Shown: piece after piece, positions 18,290 to 28,897 of the stretch
How positions within the stretch are numbered: the first letter of the stretch is position 1
Layout of the letters: each line of letters opens with the position of its first letter
Assembly (NCBI GenBank): GCA_963735185.1
Contig: CAVTJV010000007.1
Coordinates: forward strand, 872,651 to 936,650
Direction of reading: 5' to 3'
Origin: an uncultured Thermoplasmata archaeon
GTDB taxonomy: Archaea; Thermoplasmatota; Thermoplasmata; Lutacidiplasmatales; UBA184
DNA length: 64,000 nt
Position numbers and translations under genes: made by a program
The notes under the pieces: model-generated
The model's database searches: none
Seen by the model: the letters and a program-made list of their open reading frames with translations, nothing else
Told to the model about the DNA's origin: nothing

Positions 18290-19168
18290 ATGGCACGATA
18301 CCCTGCGGACCTGGACCGGTGGCGCGAGGCCGCCCGGATCGCGGCGAAGGCCCGGGAGCTCGGGCTCCGTCTCGCCGTCCCGGGCGCCCGGCTCGTGGAC
18401 GTGGCGGAGGCGGTCGAGGCGTTCATCCGTTCGGAAGGCGCGGCGCCGGCGTTCCCCGCGAACCTTTCGCGCAACGACGAAGCGGCCCACTTCACACCGG
18501 GTCCCGAGGACACGGTCACGCTCGTGGAGGGCGACCTCCTCAAGGTCGACGTCGGGGCCCACCTGGACGGGGCGATCGCCGACACGGCCGATTCGGTCGA
18601 GGTCGGCGGGACGCACCGGTACGACCACCTGATCCGTGCCGCCCGCGAAGGCCGCGCGGCGGGGATCGCGCGCGTGCGGGCCGGGGCCCGGGTGGACGAC
18701 GTCTCCCGCGCGATCGCCGAGGCGATCCGTGCACGGGGCCTGAAGCCGATCGTCGACCTGACCGGGCACTCGATCGAACGGTACCTCCTGCATGCCGGCA
18801 AGTCGATCCCGAACGTGCCCGGGATGAGCGCCGACCTCCTCGAGGAGGGCGAGGTGATCGCGATCGAGCCGTTCGCCACCAACGGGATGGGGTCGATCGG
18901 GAACGGCCCGTTCGGCAACATCGTACGGTTCCGCCGCGACCCGGGGACGGCCGACCCGGCGGTCGCCGCCCTCTTCGGGCGGTTCCGGACCCTTCCGTTC
19001 GCCACGCGGTGGGTCGTCTCCCCCGAAGAGCAGAACGCGTTCGCCCGGGTGCGGCGCCAGCTCCAGTCGTACCCGGTGTTCGTCGAGCGCGGGCACGGCA
19101 TGGTGGCCCAGGCCGAGCACACGGTCCTCGTGGTACCGGCCGGTGCCGAGGTCCTCTCGGCCCCCTGA
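18290..19168 (+). CDS. map: Methionine aminopeptidase type II
   Basis: AFPANLS, AAHFT, KVDVGAHLDGAIADTA, GHSIERYLLHAG, IEPFAT, AQAEHT. Confidence 0.95.
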   Translation: MARYPADLDRWREAARIAAKARELGLRLAVPGARLVDVAEAVEAFIRSEGAAPAFPANLSRNDEAAHFTPGPEDTVTLVEGDLLKVDVGAHLDGAIADTADSVEVGGTHRYDHLIRAAREGRAAGIARVRAGARVDDVSRAIAEAIRARGLKPIVDLTGHSIERYLLHAGKSIPNVPGMSADLLEEGEVIAIEPFATNGMGSIGNGPFGNIVRFRRDPGTADPAVAALFGRFRTLPFATRWVVSPEEQNAFARVRRQLQSYPVFVERGHGMVAQAEHTVLVVPAGAEVLSAP

Positions 19169-19179
19169 CCGGCTGAGCG

Positions 19180-20316
19180 TCGTGGGCTCTCGAACTCGGC
19201 GCGCGCCAGCGCCGCCCCGTTCACGACCGATTCGAGCTTCGCGCGGGCGACCGAGAGGCTGCGCGTACGGAGCCCGCAGTCGGGGTTCACCCAGACCCGG
19301 TGCGGGTCGCCGAGGTACTTCGCGGCCCGGCCGACCCGCTCGGCCACGACCTCGGGCGGCTCGACCGCGTCGCGATGAACGTCGACGGCGCCGAGGCCGA
19401 CGTCCCGCCGGTCGCCGTACTCTGCGAGGAGCTTGAGGACCGCGTAGCCGTCGTGCCCCGGCGCGTCCCGGTTCGCGAACTCCCACGCCCACTGCCGGCA
19501 CCGCTTCGCCTCGAGGAGCGTCGGAAGGAGGTCGGCGTAGTTCGAGTAACAGATGTGCATCGTGAACTCGGCGTCCAGGCCTTCCGTCGCGGCGTTGAAC
19601 CCGTCGACCACGACCGCCGCCTCGTCCGGGTGGGTGCCCGCGGCCGGCTCGTCGATCTGGATGACCCGGCATCCCCGGTCGATGAGCGCGCTCAACGTGG
19701 GCCGGACCGCCCGACGCGCGAGGTCGACCACGAACTCCTGCTGCGCGGCCCGCCGCGCCGCCCGGCCCTTCCAGCCGGGTTGACGGGCGAGGTAGAACTC
19801 GTTGTACGACCAGTCGGCGAGGGTGTACGGGCCCGTGACCGGTAGCTTCGGCTCCGCTCGTGCGTGACCCTTCACGAACTCGAACTCATCCACGTGGTAC
19901 GGCCGGTCCAGGCGGACCTCGTCCGTCACGGCCGCCTTGAGGTAGTACTTGTTGTCGAACGAGCGGACATGGCCTCCGAAACGGAAGCCGCGCATCTGGC
20001 GGATCGGGAACTCGTACATCTCGATGCGACGAGCTTCCCCGTCGTAGACCCGGTCGAGCCCGACCGTCTCGAGGAACCGTAGGCCGAAGAGGGCGCCCAG
20101 GTCCCGGACCGCGTCGGGGCTCGTGTCCCTCGGCCGACCGTCCAGGAGCGCGTCGCGGACCTCGGGCGCTTCGGCCGCGAACCCGATGCGCGCGTCCCAG
20201 CTCCTCAGCTCCTCCTTCGCGCTCTCGTCGAGCGGCTCCGACCGCTGGCCGAGGAGTTGCCACCGCGGCTTCGCGAGGCTCCCGATCTCCTGCGTCGGGA
20301 AGAGCCCTCGCGTCAC
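19180..20316 (-). CDS. metE: Cobalamin-independent methionine synthase catalytic subunit (split MetE). The frame has no stop here and continues to 18190.
   Basis: TQEIGSLAKP, DGEARR, PVTGPYTL, IQIDEPA, zinc ligands HIC, E and NPDCGL. Start GTG 20316 overlaps the upstream stop. Confidence 0.88.
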
Positions 20317-21293
20317 GCGGACCCCTCCGAAAGCGCCCGGCGGACCGCCGGAAGGACGTGGAGCTTCCGGGTCGCCGGCTCCCACGGAAGCAGGTCAAGC
20401 GGAGCGCCCGGGCCGAGCCACACGGCGCTCGGGTGGCGGCGCGCGTACGCGGCACGCACGACGCGAGCGACCTCCGCGGGGTCCTCTTCGAGGGTGGTGC
20501 GCGGGTCGACGACCCCGAGCCCCAACCCGGTGCGCGACGGCCCGTCGGGGAGTTGGTCGACCTCTGCCTCGGCGAGGTCGACCCCGACCACCGACACGGG
20601 GAGCCGGTCGAGGAGGGGGAACGCGGAGCGCGCGTCCGCGCCGTACGTCCATACGATGGATGTGCCCCCTCCGAGCGCGGCCTCGACCGCGCGGTAGCCG
20701 GCGACCACCGCCTCCGCGCGCGGGCCCTCGGGCGGGCGGACGACGAGCTGGGGCTCGGAAAAGAGGAACGTCGCGAACCCCCGTTCCCGAAGCTCCTTCA
20801 CCTCGTCGCCGAGGAGCCGGCCGAGCCGGTGGATGAGCGCGCTCTCGGTCTCGCCCGAACGGTTGTCGAGCATCACCGAGAAGGTGTAAGGTCCCGGGAG
20901 CAGGACACGCGCGTCCGCGGGGGAGCGTTGGAGGGGGGGTGGGAGCCGCGCCGCGAAGGCGCCCGGGGTCCGGCCGGGCGGAGCGAGCAGGATCGGCTGA
21001 CGGTAGAAGGTGTTCGTCTCGAGCCAGCGGGTGAGCGGGCCGACGCTGAACCCTTCCCACGTTTCGGCGAACGGTCGGAAGAGGTCCGGCCAGCGGAGGT
21101 ACCCCGCGGTCCGCTCGTCGAACCCGAGGCGATGTTCGAGCGCGACGACCTCCGCTTCCGTCGTCACGAACCGTTCTTCGACGACGTCCGCGGTCACCCG
21201 ACCCCGGTCGAGGTCCCGGGTCGCGGTCACCAGCGCCTCGGAGCGGGGGAACGGTCCCGTGAGCCCGGTGCGGACGATCATCGGGCTCGTCAC
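20313..21293 (-). CDS. MetE N-terminal-like (folate-binding) subunit of split methionine synthase
   Basis: [40 protein letters not shown]; no zinc ligands; coupled to the catalytic subunit gene. Confidence 0.8.
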   Translation of the reverse strand: MTSPMIVRTGLTGPFPRSEALVTATRDLDRGRVTADVVEERFVTTEAEVVALEHRLGFDERTAGYLRWPDLFRPFAETWEGFSVGPLTRWLETNTFYRQPILLAPPGRTPGAFAARLPPPLQRSPADARVLLPGPYTFSVMLDNRSGETESALIHRLGRLLGDEVKELRERGFATFLFSEPQLVVRPPEGPRAEAVVAGYRAVEAALGGGTSIVWTYGADARSAFPLLDRLPVSVVGVDLAEAEVDQLPDGPSRTGLGLGVVDPRTTLEEDPAEVARVVRAAYARRHPSAVWLGPGAPLDLLPWEPATRKLHVLPAVRRALSEGSA

Positions 21294-21473
21294 CCGGATG
21301 CGGGCTTAAGGCTGGCGAATTTCCGGGGAGGTGCAGACGGAGAAACGCGATTGCGCGAGGGACAATTCCCCGCGTCCTACTCGTCGAGGTTCGTCCGCAC
21401 GATGTGGTCGAAGTCGGCCGACCGCCCGGGACCGGGGCGCTGACCTTAAACTGCCCCGAGCTCCTCGCTCGCC

Positions 21474-22433
21474 ATGGCGAAGACCCCGAGCCCTGCCTCG
21501 TCCCCTGCCCCCAAGTTCCTCCGTCGAGGGAAGGTGAAGGAGGTCTACGAGATCTCTCCAACCGAGCTCGAGTTCCGGTTCACGAACGACATCTCGGTCT
21601 TCGACAAGCACATCCCGAGCGAGATCCCGCACAAGGGAGAGACCCTCGCGCGTACCGCCGCGTTCTGGTTCGAGCTCTGCTCCCGTATCGGCGTCCCGCA
21701 CCACTACCTGAGCCTCGCCGGACCGACCGCGATGCGCGTGAAGCGCGTCCAGGTCGTCCCGAACCCGGCGACCCTCGGCCCCCACCCGAAGAACTACCTC
21801 GTGCCGCTCGAGGTCATCATGCGCTACTACCTCGCCGGGTCGATGTGGGACCGGGTGAAGGCGGGCAAGGTCTCGGCCGAGGAGCTTGGGTTCCCCAAAG
21901 GGAAGACGCTCACGTACGCGATGCCGCTTCCCGAGCCGCACTTCGAGGTGACGACGAAGCTCGAGCCGGTCGACCGCCTCCTCACCGTCCCGGAGGCGCT
22001 CTCGCTCTCGACGCTCTCCGCGAAGGAGCTCGACACGATCCGCGAGACGGTCCTCAAGGTCGACGCCGCGATGCAGAAGGAGATCGGTCCGCGGGGCCTC
22101 ATCCACGTCGACGGGAAGAAGGAGTTCGCGGTCGATACGAACGGCGTCCTCATGCTCGTCGACACGTTCGGTACGGCCGACGAGGACCGGTTCTGGGACC
22201 AGGCCGCCTACGAGCGCGGCCGGCAGGTCGATTTCTCGAAGGAGTTCGTCCGCCAGCACTACCGCCAGACCGGCTACTACGACGCGCTCCTCAAAGCCCG
22301 CGCCGCGGGCGCGCCCGAGCCTCCGATACCGGCGCTCCCGCCGCTCCTCGTGGACGAGGTGAGCCGTCTCTACACGACCGTCTACCAGCGCCTCACGGGG
22401 GAGCCGTTCGCCCCGCTCTCCCGGTCCGGATAG
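21474..22433 (+). CDS. purC: SAICAR synthetase
   Basis: [52 protein letters not shown]. Confidence 0.95.
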   Translation: MAKTPSPASSPAPKFLRRGKVKEVYEISPTELEFRFTNDISVFDKHIPSEIPHKGETLARTAAFWFELCSRIGVPHHYLSLAGPTAMRVKRVQVVPNPATLGPHPKNYLVPLEVIMRYYLAGSMWDRVKAGKVSAEELGFPKGKTLTYAMPLPEPHFEVTTKLEPVDRLLTVPEALSLSTLSAKELDTIRETVLKVDAAMQKEIGPRGLIHVDGKKEFAVDTNGVLMLVDTFGTADEDRFWDQAAYERGRQVDFSKEFVRQHYRQTGYYDALLKARAAGAPEPPIPALPPLLVDEVSRLYTTVYQRLTGEPFAPLSRSG

Positions 22434-22504
22434 GATCGGTCCAGCGTTCACCGTTTCGCGACCCCTCCCGTACCCTTATCTCCCCGCGCCCCGGTCGGTC
22501 GAAC

Positions 22505-23503
22505 GTGCCTACGAAACCGAGCTCGAAGACCGCCGGCGCGGAGGAGACCCCACCGGCCCCGAAGCCCGCGGTCGCCCTCGAGGACCTGCCCGGGATCGGC
22601 GGGATCACCGCCGAGAAGCTGCGCGAGAGCGGCTACACCGACCTGATGGAACTCGCCGTCGCCTCGCCGGGCGACGTCGCGGAGGCCGCAGAGATCGGCG
22701 TGGCGATCGCCCAGCGGATCATCGGCGAGGCCCGCCGGAAGGCGGACGTCGGAGGGTTCGAGAGCGGCACGACGCTGCTCGAGCGACGCAAGAAGCTCGG
22801 GCGGATCACGACCAACTCGAAGGCGCTCGACGAGCTCCTCGGCGGCGGGGTCGAGACGCAGGCGATCACCGAATTCTCCGGGGAGTTCGGGACCGGGAAG
22901 ACCCAGATCGGCCACCAGGTCGCGGTGGACGTCCAGCTTCCGCCCGCCCAAGGGGGCCTCTCGGGCGAGGTCGTCTACATCGACACCGAGAGCACGTTCC
23001 GTCCGGAGCGCATCGTCGACATGGCGAAGGGCGTCGGCCTCGACCCGGAGGAGGCGCTCGGTCACATCCATGTCGCGCGCGCGTTCAATTCGAACCACCA
23101 GATGCTCCTCGTCCAGAAGGCGCAGGAGCTCGCCCGCGAGAAGCCGATCCGGCTCCTCGTGGTCGACTCGCTGACCGCGCACTTCCGCTCGGAGTACCTC
23201 GGTCGGGCCGAGCTCGCGCCCCGGCAGCAGCACCTGAACCGTCACCTCCACGAGCTCCTCCGCTTCTCGGATACCTACAACGCGGCGATCGTCGTCACGA
23301 ACCAGGTGTCGGCCCGACCGGATATCCTCTTCGGCGACCCGACCCGGCCGATCGGAGGGAACATCGTCGCCCACGCGGCGACGTACCGCGTCTACTTACG
23401 GAAGTCGAAGCCCCCGAAGCGTATCGCGCGGCTGATCGACTCGCCGAACCTCCCCGAGGGCGAGGCGGTCTTCTCGCTCACGACCGAAGGGATCCGGGAC
23501 TAG
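22505..23503 (+). CDS. radA: DNA repair and recombination protein RadA
   Basis: Hh[56 protein letters not shown]. Confidence 0.97.
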   Translation: MPTKPSSKTAGAEETPPAPKPAVALEDLPGIGGITAEKLRESGYTDLMELAVASPGDVAEAAEIGVAIAQRIIGEARRKADVGGFESGTTLLERRKKLGRITTNSKALDELLGGGVETQAITEFSGEFGTGKTQIGHQVAVDVQLPPAQGGLSGEVVYIDTESTFRPERIVDMAKGVGLDPEEALGHIHVARAFNSNHQMLLVQKAQELAREKPIRLLVVDSLTAHFRSEYLGRAELAPRQQHLNRHLHELLRFSDTYNAAIVVTNQVSARPDILFGDPTRPIGGNIVAHAATYRVYLRKSKPPKRIARLIDSPNLPEGEAVFSLTTEGIRD

Positions 23504-23551
23504 CGCGCCCGCTCGCTCGCTTGCGGAGCGCCGGCCGGTCGCTCGCTTCCC

Positions 23552-23941
23552 TTAGAGGTCCCGGCGTCGGTCGGCCGGGAAGTAGCACCGGTAGACCCGT
23601 CCGATGAGCGAGCTCGTCGGCACGGGCCCGAAGCGTCGGCTGTCGCGCGCGCTCTCCGCCGCGTCCCCCCGGACCTCGACCGACCCTGCCGAAGGGTCGA
23701 CCTGCGAGACGCGCTTCACGAGCCAGCGGGCCGCGTCCTCGGGGTCGACCAAGACCACGACCTCCCCGACCCGAGGCGGCCGGTCCCGGTAGGCGCGGCA
23801 GTCGACCAGCAGACGGTCGCCCGGCCGCAGCGTCGGGAGCATGCTCTCGTCCCGCACCACCACCCTTCGGCTCCACCAGCGACGCAGCCGGGAGGGCGGA
23901 GGTTCGGAGAGGGCCGCACTACCCTCCGGAGGCTCCGGCAT
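23552..23941 (-). CDS. sodX: Nickel-type SOD maturation protease (S26 peptidase family)
   Basis: SMLPTL (Ser), LVKRV (Lys), VRGD...SRDSRRFGPV; divergent from sodN. Confidence 0.88.
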   Translation of the reverse strand: MPEPPEGSAALSEPPPSRLRRWWSRRVVVRDESMLPTLRPGDRLLVDCRAYRDRPPRVGEVVVLVDPEDAARWLVKRVSQVDPSAGSVEVRGDAAESARDSRRFGPVPTSSLIGRVYRCYFPADRRRDL

Positions 23942-23970
23942 CCTTATCCACCTCCGGGATTGGCGGGGAC

Positions 23971-24504
23971 ATGCCCACGAGAAGCCCTTCGCTCGGACTA
24001 GTGGAACGCCTGTTGGACGCCGTGAACCCCCCCCGCGCGGTCTACGCGCACTGCGACATCCCTTGCGGTATTTACGACCCGCACGAGGCCCAGATCGCGG
24101 CGCTCACCGTGCTCCGGATGGACCAACTGATCGGAGAGCTCGCCCCGCCCGCGATGGACGCGAAGCCCGAGGAGCGGACCGTCTTCATCTCGAAGATGGC
24201 GCGCTACACCGCGGTCAAGGAGCAGCACGCCGAGAAGCTGAAGCACGAAGTCCGCGTCATCTGGGGCGATTACTTCACCCCCGACCACGCGAAGCAGTTC
24301 CCGCAGACCCACGAACTTGTCTGGAAGATCCTGAAGCAGGCCTCCAAGGCGCGGCAGGGGACGAACGTCGCCGACGCCCAAGAGCTGCTCAAACTCGTCC
24401 AGGAGTTCGCGGAGGTCTTCTGGCAGACGAAGGGCGCGAAGACGAAGCGGCAGCCCTCGATGCAGAAATCCGGCGGCGAGCTCGTCGTCCCAATCACCGC
24501 ATAG
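23971..24504 (+). CDS. sodN: Nickel superoxide dismutase precursor
   Basis: Ni-hook HCDIPCGIYDP after a 26-aa leader; KEQHAEKLKHEVRVIWGDYF, FWQTK. Confidence 0.96.
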   Translation: MPTRSPSLGLVERLLDAVNPPRAVYAHCDIPCGIYDPHEAQIAALTVLRMDQLIGELAPPAMDAKPEERTVFISKMARYTAVKEQHAEKLKHEVRVIWGDYFTPDHAKQFPQTHELVWKILKQASKARQGTNVADAQELLKLVQEFAEVFWQTKGAKTKRQPSMQKSGGELVVPITA

Positions 24505-24538
24505 TCCGGTACCGGTCCGTCGGCGTCCGCGCCCCGTT

Positions 24539-25222
24539 CTAGGCCGGAGGGGTCGGCATGAGCGGGGCCCGCGGCTCCACGGCCTTCGGGAAGCGGACGC
24601 TCTGCCCGCAGCTCGGGCAGACGTACTCGCTCAGGGCCCGGTGGCGTAGCGGGGTCCGGCACTTCGGGCACGGGATCGGCCTCGCGCTGACGTAGGCGGC
24701 GAACATCTCCTGCGAGCGGCGGTCATCGAGGCCCGCCGGCGCGGCGTTCCCGGCAGTGGGGAGCGGGGGCTGGGCTACCGCGGGGGTCGGGTCCGGGGTC
24801 GTCCGCCCCTCCCGGTTCGAGGAGAGCCGTCCGCACTGCGGGCAGACCGCGAGGCTCTCGGTGCCCGTCGACTGCAGCGCGACGTGGCAGTGGGGACAGA
24901 GCGTCTTGAGACCGACCGGCGTGAAGACGGGGGAAGGGGCACGGGGCGCGCGCGGGGGCTCGGGTAGCGGAGGCGCGCTCGGGGTGGGGTCGGCAGCCGG
25001 TGGGGTCGGCATCGTCGTCGCCCAGCGCACCACCCGACGGCTCGGCTCGTACACGATCGGACTGTTCGGTCGAGCGAGCTCGTGCGCCAGGAGCTTCTCG
25101 GCTTTCCGCTCCCGTACCGATAGGGCCGCGGCAAGGCCGGGGACGCTCGTGGTCCCGAGGGATTGTACGGTAGTTCGAAGGCGCTCGAGGTCTTGCTGCG
25201 AAGGGCCGAAGAAGGCGACCAT
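24539..25222 (-). CDS. Hypothetical protein with HTH-like N-terminus and two zinc ribbons
   Basis: CPHC...CPQC and CPKC...CPSC separated by Pro-rich linkers. Confidence 0.7.
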   Translation of the reverse strand: MVAFFGPSQQDLERLRTTVQSLGTTSVPGLAAALSVRERKAEKLLAHELARPNSPIVYEPSRRVVRWATTMPTPPAADPTPSAPPLPEPPRAPRAPSPVFTPVGLKTLCPHCHVALQSTGTESLAVCPQCGRLSSNREGRTTPDPTPAVAQPPLPTAGNAAPAGLDDRRSQEMFAAYVSARPIPCPKCRTPLRHRALSEYVCPSCGQSVRFPKAVEPRAPLMPTPPA

Positions 25223-25513
25223 CGCGCGCCTTCCGCCGTCCCTTACAAAGAAGCTATCGCTCCACAGGCACGGAGAAAAAGGGAGGCACCGGCGGGGCGG
25301 CCCCTGGTCTCTTGGACGGTGCCACCAAGAGACGCTGCCACCGATGCCCGAGGCCAAAGAATGTATAACCGCGAGAGACTATATAGTTATCTGAGGGGGT
25401 GGACGGTGGGCGCTGAGCACCGTTTCCGCCCCGCGCGTGCCGGTGTGGGTGGTTGCGGTTATCTCTTTTAGGGAGTGCCGTTCATGGGCTCCTAGGGCAG
25501 CCTCCCCCCCGGG

Positions 25514-25975
25514 GTGACGAATATTCACGCCTTTCACACGCCATCCGAAAAGGCCGCCGGGGGACCGGTACCTCCGTCCGCCACCACCCCTCCGAACACC
25601 GCTCCCGCGGTCCTAGTGGGGGGGAGCGAGGACACCCGCCTCCTCCTGCGCGGTCTCTTGCGGCTTCACCGCCACCGAGTCCTGCTCGAGGCCCCGACCC
25701 GCGAGGGGATCGACCGCCTGCCCCCCTCGCCCGAGACCAAGATCCTGATCATGGACGCCGGGTCGAGCGACGGGGACCAGTGGGCGAAGGACCTATCGTC
25801 CACCCTGCGCGCTCGCACGGACCTCCACGCTCTCGTCATCCTCCCGCGCGCGGACCCGGCGCTCGAGACCCGCGCCCGGCAAGCGGGCGCGCAAGCGGTC
25901 CTCGTCCGCCCGTTCGGGATCCACGATTTCGTCGAGGCGGTGGACTCCGTCGGGGCGTCCCCCTCGTCGACCTGA
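25514..25975 (+). CDS. Stand-alone atypical receiver (REC)-like domain protein
   Basis: Alternating beta/alpha pattern: VLVGGSEDTRLLLRGLL, ILIMD, ARQAGAQAVLVRPF. Confidence 0.7.
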   Translation: MTNIHAFHTPSEKAAGGPVPPSATTPPNTAPAVLVGGSEDTRLLLRGLLRLHRHRVLLEAPTREGIDRLPPSPETKILIMDAGSSDGDQWAKDLSSTLRARTDLHALVILPRADPALETRARQAGAQAVLVRPFGIHDFVEAVDSVGASPSST

Positions 25976-26001
25976 CCCCTCGGGCTCGCGGGGGGTAAGC
26001 C

Positions 26002-27522
26002 GTGTCGCGTCCTCGTCCGACCCCGCGGCCGGAGGCGACCCGGTCGCTCTCTGCGGCCGTCCGGGGCCGCGTCACGACCGACGCGGACGGCCTCGCCCCG
26101 TTCGGGCACGACGCCTCCCACGTGACGGGTCGTCCCCTCGCGGTGGTGGCCCCGGCCGACGCGGACGACGTCGTGGAGCTGGTCCGGTGGGCGCGCCGCA
26201 CCCGCATTCCGCTCGTCCCCCGGGGCGCAGGCACTTCCCTCGATGGGGAATCGGTCCCGCCCGATGGCGGGGTCGTCATCGACCTCTCCGGCTGGTCCCG
26301 TCTGCTCGAGGTCGACCCGGACGGTCTTTGGGCCCGGGTCGAGCCGGGGATCGTGAACCGGGACCTCCAGCGAGCCCTCCTTCCGCACCGGCGGTTCTAT
26401 CCGCCCAACCCGGGGTCGTGGACGGCCTCGACGGTCGGCGGGAATGTCGGGACGAACGCGTCGGGGATGCGGTCGTTTCGCTACGGCCCGACACGCGCCT
26501 GGGTCCGCGAGGTCGAGGCGGTTCTGGGTACGGGGTCCCGGGTCCATCTCGGCTCCCGGGTCCCCAAACGCTCGGTCGGTCCGGACCTCCTCCAACTGTT
26601 CGTCGGAAGCGAGGGCACCCTCGGGGTCGCGACCGAGGTCACCGTCCGATTGGCCCCTCTCCCCGCCGTGCGACACGGCGTGGTCGTCCCGGTCCCGAAG
26701 GCCGCCCCCCTCGGCCCCCTGGTGACCCGGCTCTCCGAGACGCCGGATAGCGGGCTTTCCGCCGTGGAGTACCTCGACCGGGGGTCGGCGGCCGCCCTCG
26801 CCGAACGACGGACGGCCCGTTGGCCGAACGACTCCTCGCTGCTCCTGCTCGAAGTCGAGGCGGGAGGTCCCGAGGAGGCCGAGCGGAGGCTCTCCCGACT
26901 GCGGCGGACGCTCGCGGGGATGGGAGCGGCCGACGGGTTCACGGTCTTCGAGGACGCGGACGAACTCTGGACCCTCCGCGGAGCATGCGGGGACGTCCTC
27001 ATCGAGCGGTACGGCCAGCACGTCCGGGAGGACGTCGCGGTCCCCGTAGCCCAGGTGGACGCCTTGGTCGCCGAGCTCGAGCGGATCGCGCGCCGGGAGA
27101 AGGTCCCGTTCTTCCTGTTCGCCCATCTCGGAGAGGGAAGCCTTCACCCGAACTACGCGGTCGACCCAGCCACGCCGACCGCTCAGCGGGTCCGCGCCGC
27201 CGTTCTGCGCGCCGCGCGTTCTCTCGGGGGCACGATCAGCGCGGAGCACGGGGTCGGGGTCGTGAAGCGGCCGTTCCTCGCCGAGGAGCTCGGCGTGGGC
27301 GCGGTCGAGCTCCTTTGGGCCGTGAAGCGGGCGTGCGACCCCGACGGGATCCTGAACCCCGGGAAGCTCTATCCGACCGCGCCTCGGCCAGCACGACGAC
27401 CTTCTCGGTCACCTTCGGAAGGGGGAGGCGGCCGAGCTCGGCCGCGGTCACCCAGCGTCGTTCGGCCGCGGTCGCGGCTCCGGGCCTCCCCCGATGGCGG
27501 CCGGCGAAGACGTACATCGTGA
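26002..27522 (+). CDS. FAD-linked oxidase (GlcD/D-lactate dehydrogenase family)
   Basis: PRGAGTSLDG, PPNPGS, GGNVGTNASG, GSEGTLG, AHLGEGSLHPN, GTISAEHGVG, DPDGILNPGK. Confidence 0.92.
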   Translation: MSRPRPTPRPEATRSLSAAVRGRVTTDADGLAPFGHDASHVTGRPLAVVAPADADDVVELVRWARRTRIPLVPRGAGTSLDGESVPPDGGVVIDLSGWSRLLEVDPDGLWARVEPGIVNRDLQRALLPHRRFYPPNPGSWTASTVGGNVGTNASGMRSFRYGPTRAWVREVEAVLGTGSRVHLGSRVPKRSVGPDLLQLFVGSEGTLGVATEVTVRLAPLPAVRHGVVVPVPKAAPLGPLVTRLSETPDSGLSAVEYLDRGSAAALAERRTARWPNDSSLLLLEVEAGGPEEAERRLSRLRRTLAGMGAADGFTVFEDADELWTLRGACGDVLIERYGQHVREDVAVPVAQVDALVAELERIARREKVPFFLFAHLGEGSLHPNYAVDPATPTAQRVRAAVLRAARSLGGTISAEHGVGVVKRPFLAEELGVGAVELLWAVKRACDPDGILNPGKLYPTAPRPARRPSRSPSEGGGGRARPRSPSVVRPRSRLRASPDGGRRRRTS

Positions 27523-28465
27523 CCGTGAAGTGGCTGTAGGTGTGTCGGACGGTCCCGAGCGGGACGAGTTGGCGGACCGTGGGGCCCGTCGCGCCTCTCA
27601 GTTGCCGTCGCGCCGCGGTCTCCGGACGCTCCCCGGGGCGGACCGTCCCACCCGGGAACTCCCAGAGGCCCGGAAGGAGACCGGCCGGCGCTCGACGCTG
27701 GACGAGCCATCGACCGCGGTAGGCCAGAACGACGACCGCGGCCCGTACGTGCGGTCGGTGGCCGCGGACGGCGCGCCTCGGCAACGACCCGGGGTTCTCG
27801 AGCTCACGTTGCGCGCGGCACACGAAGGCGACGGGGCAGGCCGGGCAGTCCGGTCGGGTCGGCCGACAGACCGTCTCCCCGAGCTCCATGACCGCCTCGT
27901 TGAACTCGCCGGCGTCCGCGGGGGGTAGGATCGATGCGAGGGCCTCCTCGAGTCGGGCGCGGACGAGCGGGGTCCGCACGTCCCCCTCCTCCCGGGTCCA
28001 ACGGGCCGCAACCCGCCGACCGTTCGCCTCGAGCGCGACCACGGGTCGACCGAACGCGATCGCCGCGACGGCGCGGGCGGTGTACGGGCCGACGCCCGGA
28101 AGGGCCTCGAGCTCGGGCACGGTAGAGGGGAAACGTCCGTTGCGCGTCCTCGCGACCCATCGGGCCGTCGCGAGCAGGTGGTGGGCGCGGGCATAGTAGC
28201 CGGCCCCCTGCCAGAGCTTCAGTACCCGGCTTGCGGGCGCGCGCGCGAGCGCGCGAACTGTGGGGAACGTGTGGACGAACCGCTCGAAGTACGGCGCCGC
28301 TTGCGCGACGCGCGTCTGCTGCAGGAGGACCTCCGCGACCCAGACCCGGTACGGGTCCCGGTCCCGGCGCCAGGGCAGCGCCCGACGGTGCTGGCGATAC
28401 CAACGAACGAGGGTCGTCGCGAGTGCGGCCGGGAGCGGCGTCGTGGCCGTCGTAGCGGAGCGCAC
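27236..28465 (-). CDS. mutY: A/G-specific adenine DNA glycosylase with NUDIX-like C-terminal domain
   Basis: LPWRRDRDPYRVWVAEVLLQQT, GYYARA, LPGVGPYTA, Fe-S motif CRPTRPDCPACPVAFVC, GLWEFPGG. Start estimated. Confidence 0.92.
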   Translation of the reverse strand: MRSATTATTPLPAALATTLVRWYRQHRRALPWRRDRDPYRVWVAEVLLQQTRVAQAAPYFERFVHTFPTVRALARAPASRVLKLWQGAGYYARAHHLLATARWVARTRNGRFPSTVPELEALPGVGPYTARAVAAIAFGRPVVALEANGRRVAARWTREEGDVRTPLVRARLEEALASILPPADAGEFNEAVMELGETVCRPTRPDCPACPVAFVCRAQRELENPGSLPRRAVRGHRPHVRAAVVVLAYRGRWLVQRRAPAGLLPGLWEFPGGTVRPGERPETAARRQLRGATGPTVRQLVPLGTVRHTYSHFTVTMYVFAGRHRGRPGAATAAERRWVTAAELGRLPLPKVTEKVVVLAEARSDRASRGSGSRRGRTPASRPKGARPRPRRAPRRGTAASRPRPRAPR

Positions 28466-28525
28466 GGACCTCGCGCGCCGGACGGAGCGGAGACTTAAAG
28501 CGGACCGGGAGTTCGAAGGCCCATC

Positions 28526-28897
28526 GTGGGCGAGCGAGCAGAGCCGGTCCGGGTGACGGACGCGACCTTCGAGCGCGAGGTCATCCGCTCGCCGCTTCCG
28601 GTCGTCGTCGACTTCTACGCCGACTGGTGCGCTCCGTGCCGGGTCGCGGAACCGCTGCTCCGGGACCTGAGCGCGCAGCTCGCCGGTCAGGTCAAGTTCG
28701 CGAAGGTGAACGTCGACGAAGCGTCCGTCGTCACGCGCTCGTACGGGATCCACATGATCCCGACGTACGTCTTCGTCCAGGCCGGGCAGGAACGGGGCCG
28801 AGAGGTCGGGTCGGTCGACCTCGTCGCGTTCCGGCAGAGCGTCCGACGGTACTTCTCGAAGACGCGGGTCAGTGGCGGAACACGCGCCAGCCCGTGA
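28526..28897 (+). CDS. trxA: Thioredoxin
   Basis: VVVDFYADWCAPCR, AKVNVDE, IPT. Confidence 0.92.
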   Translation: MGERAEPVRVTDATFEREVIRSPLPVVVDFYADWCAPCRVAEPLLRDLSAQLAGQVKFAKVNVDEASVVTRSYGIHMIPTYVFVQAGQERGREVGSVDLVAFRQSVRRYFSKTRVSGGTRASP

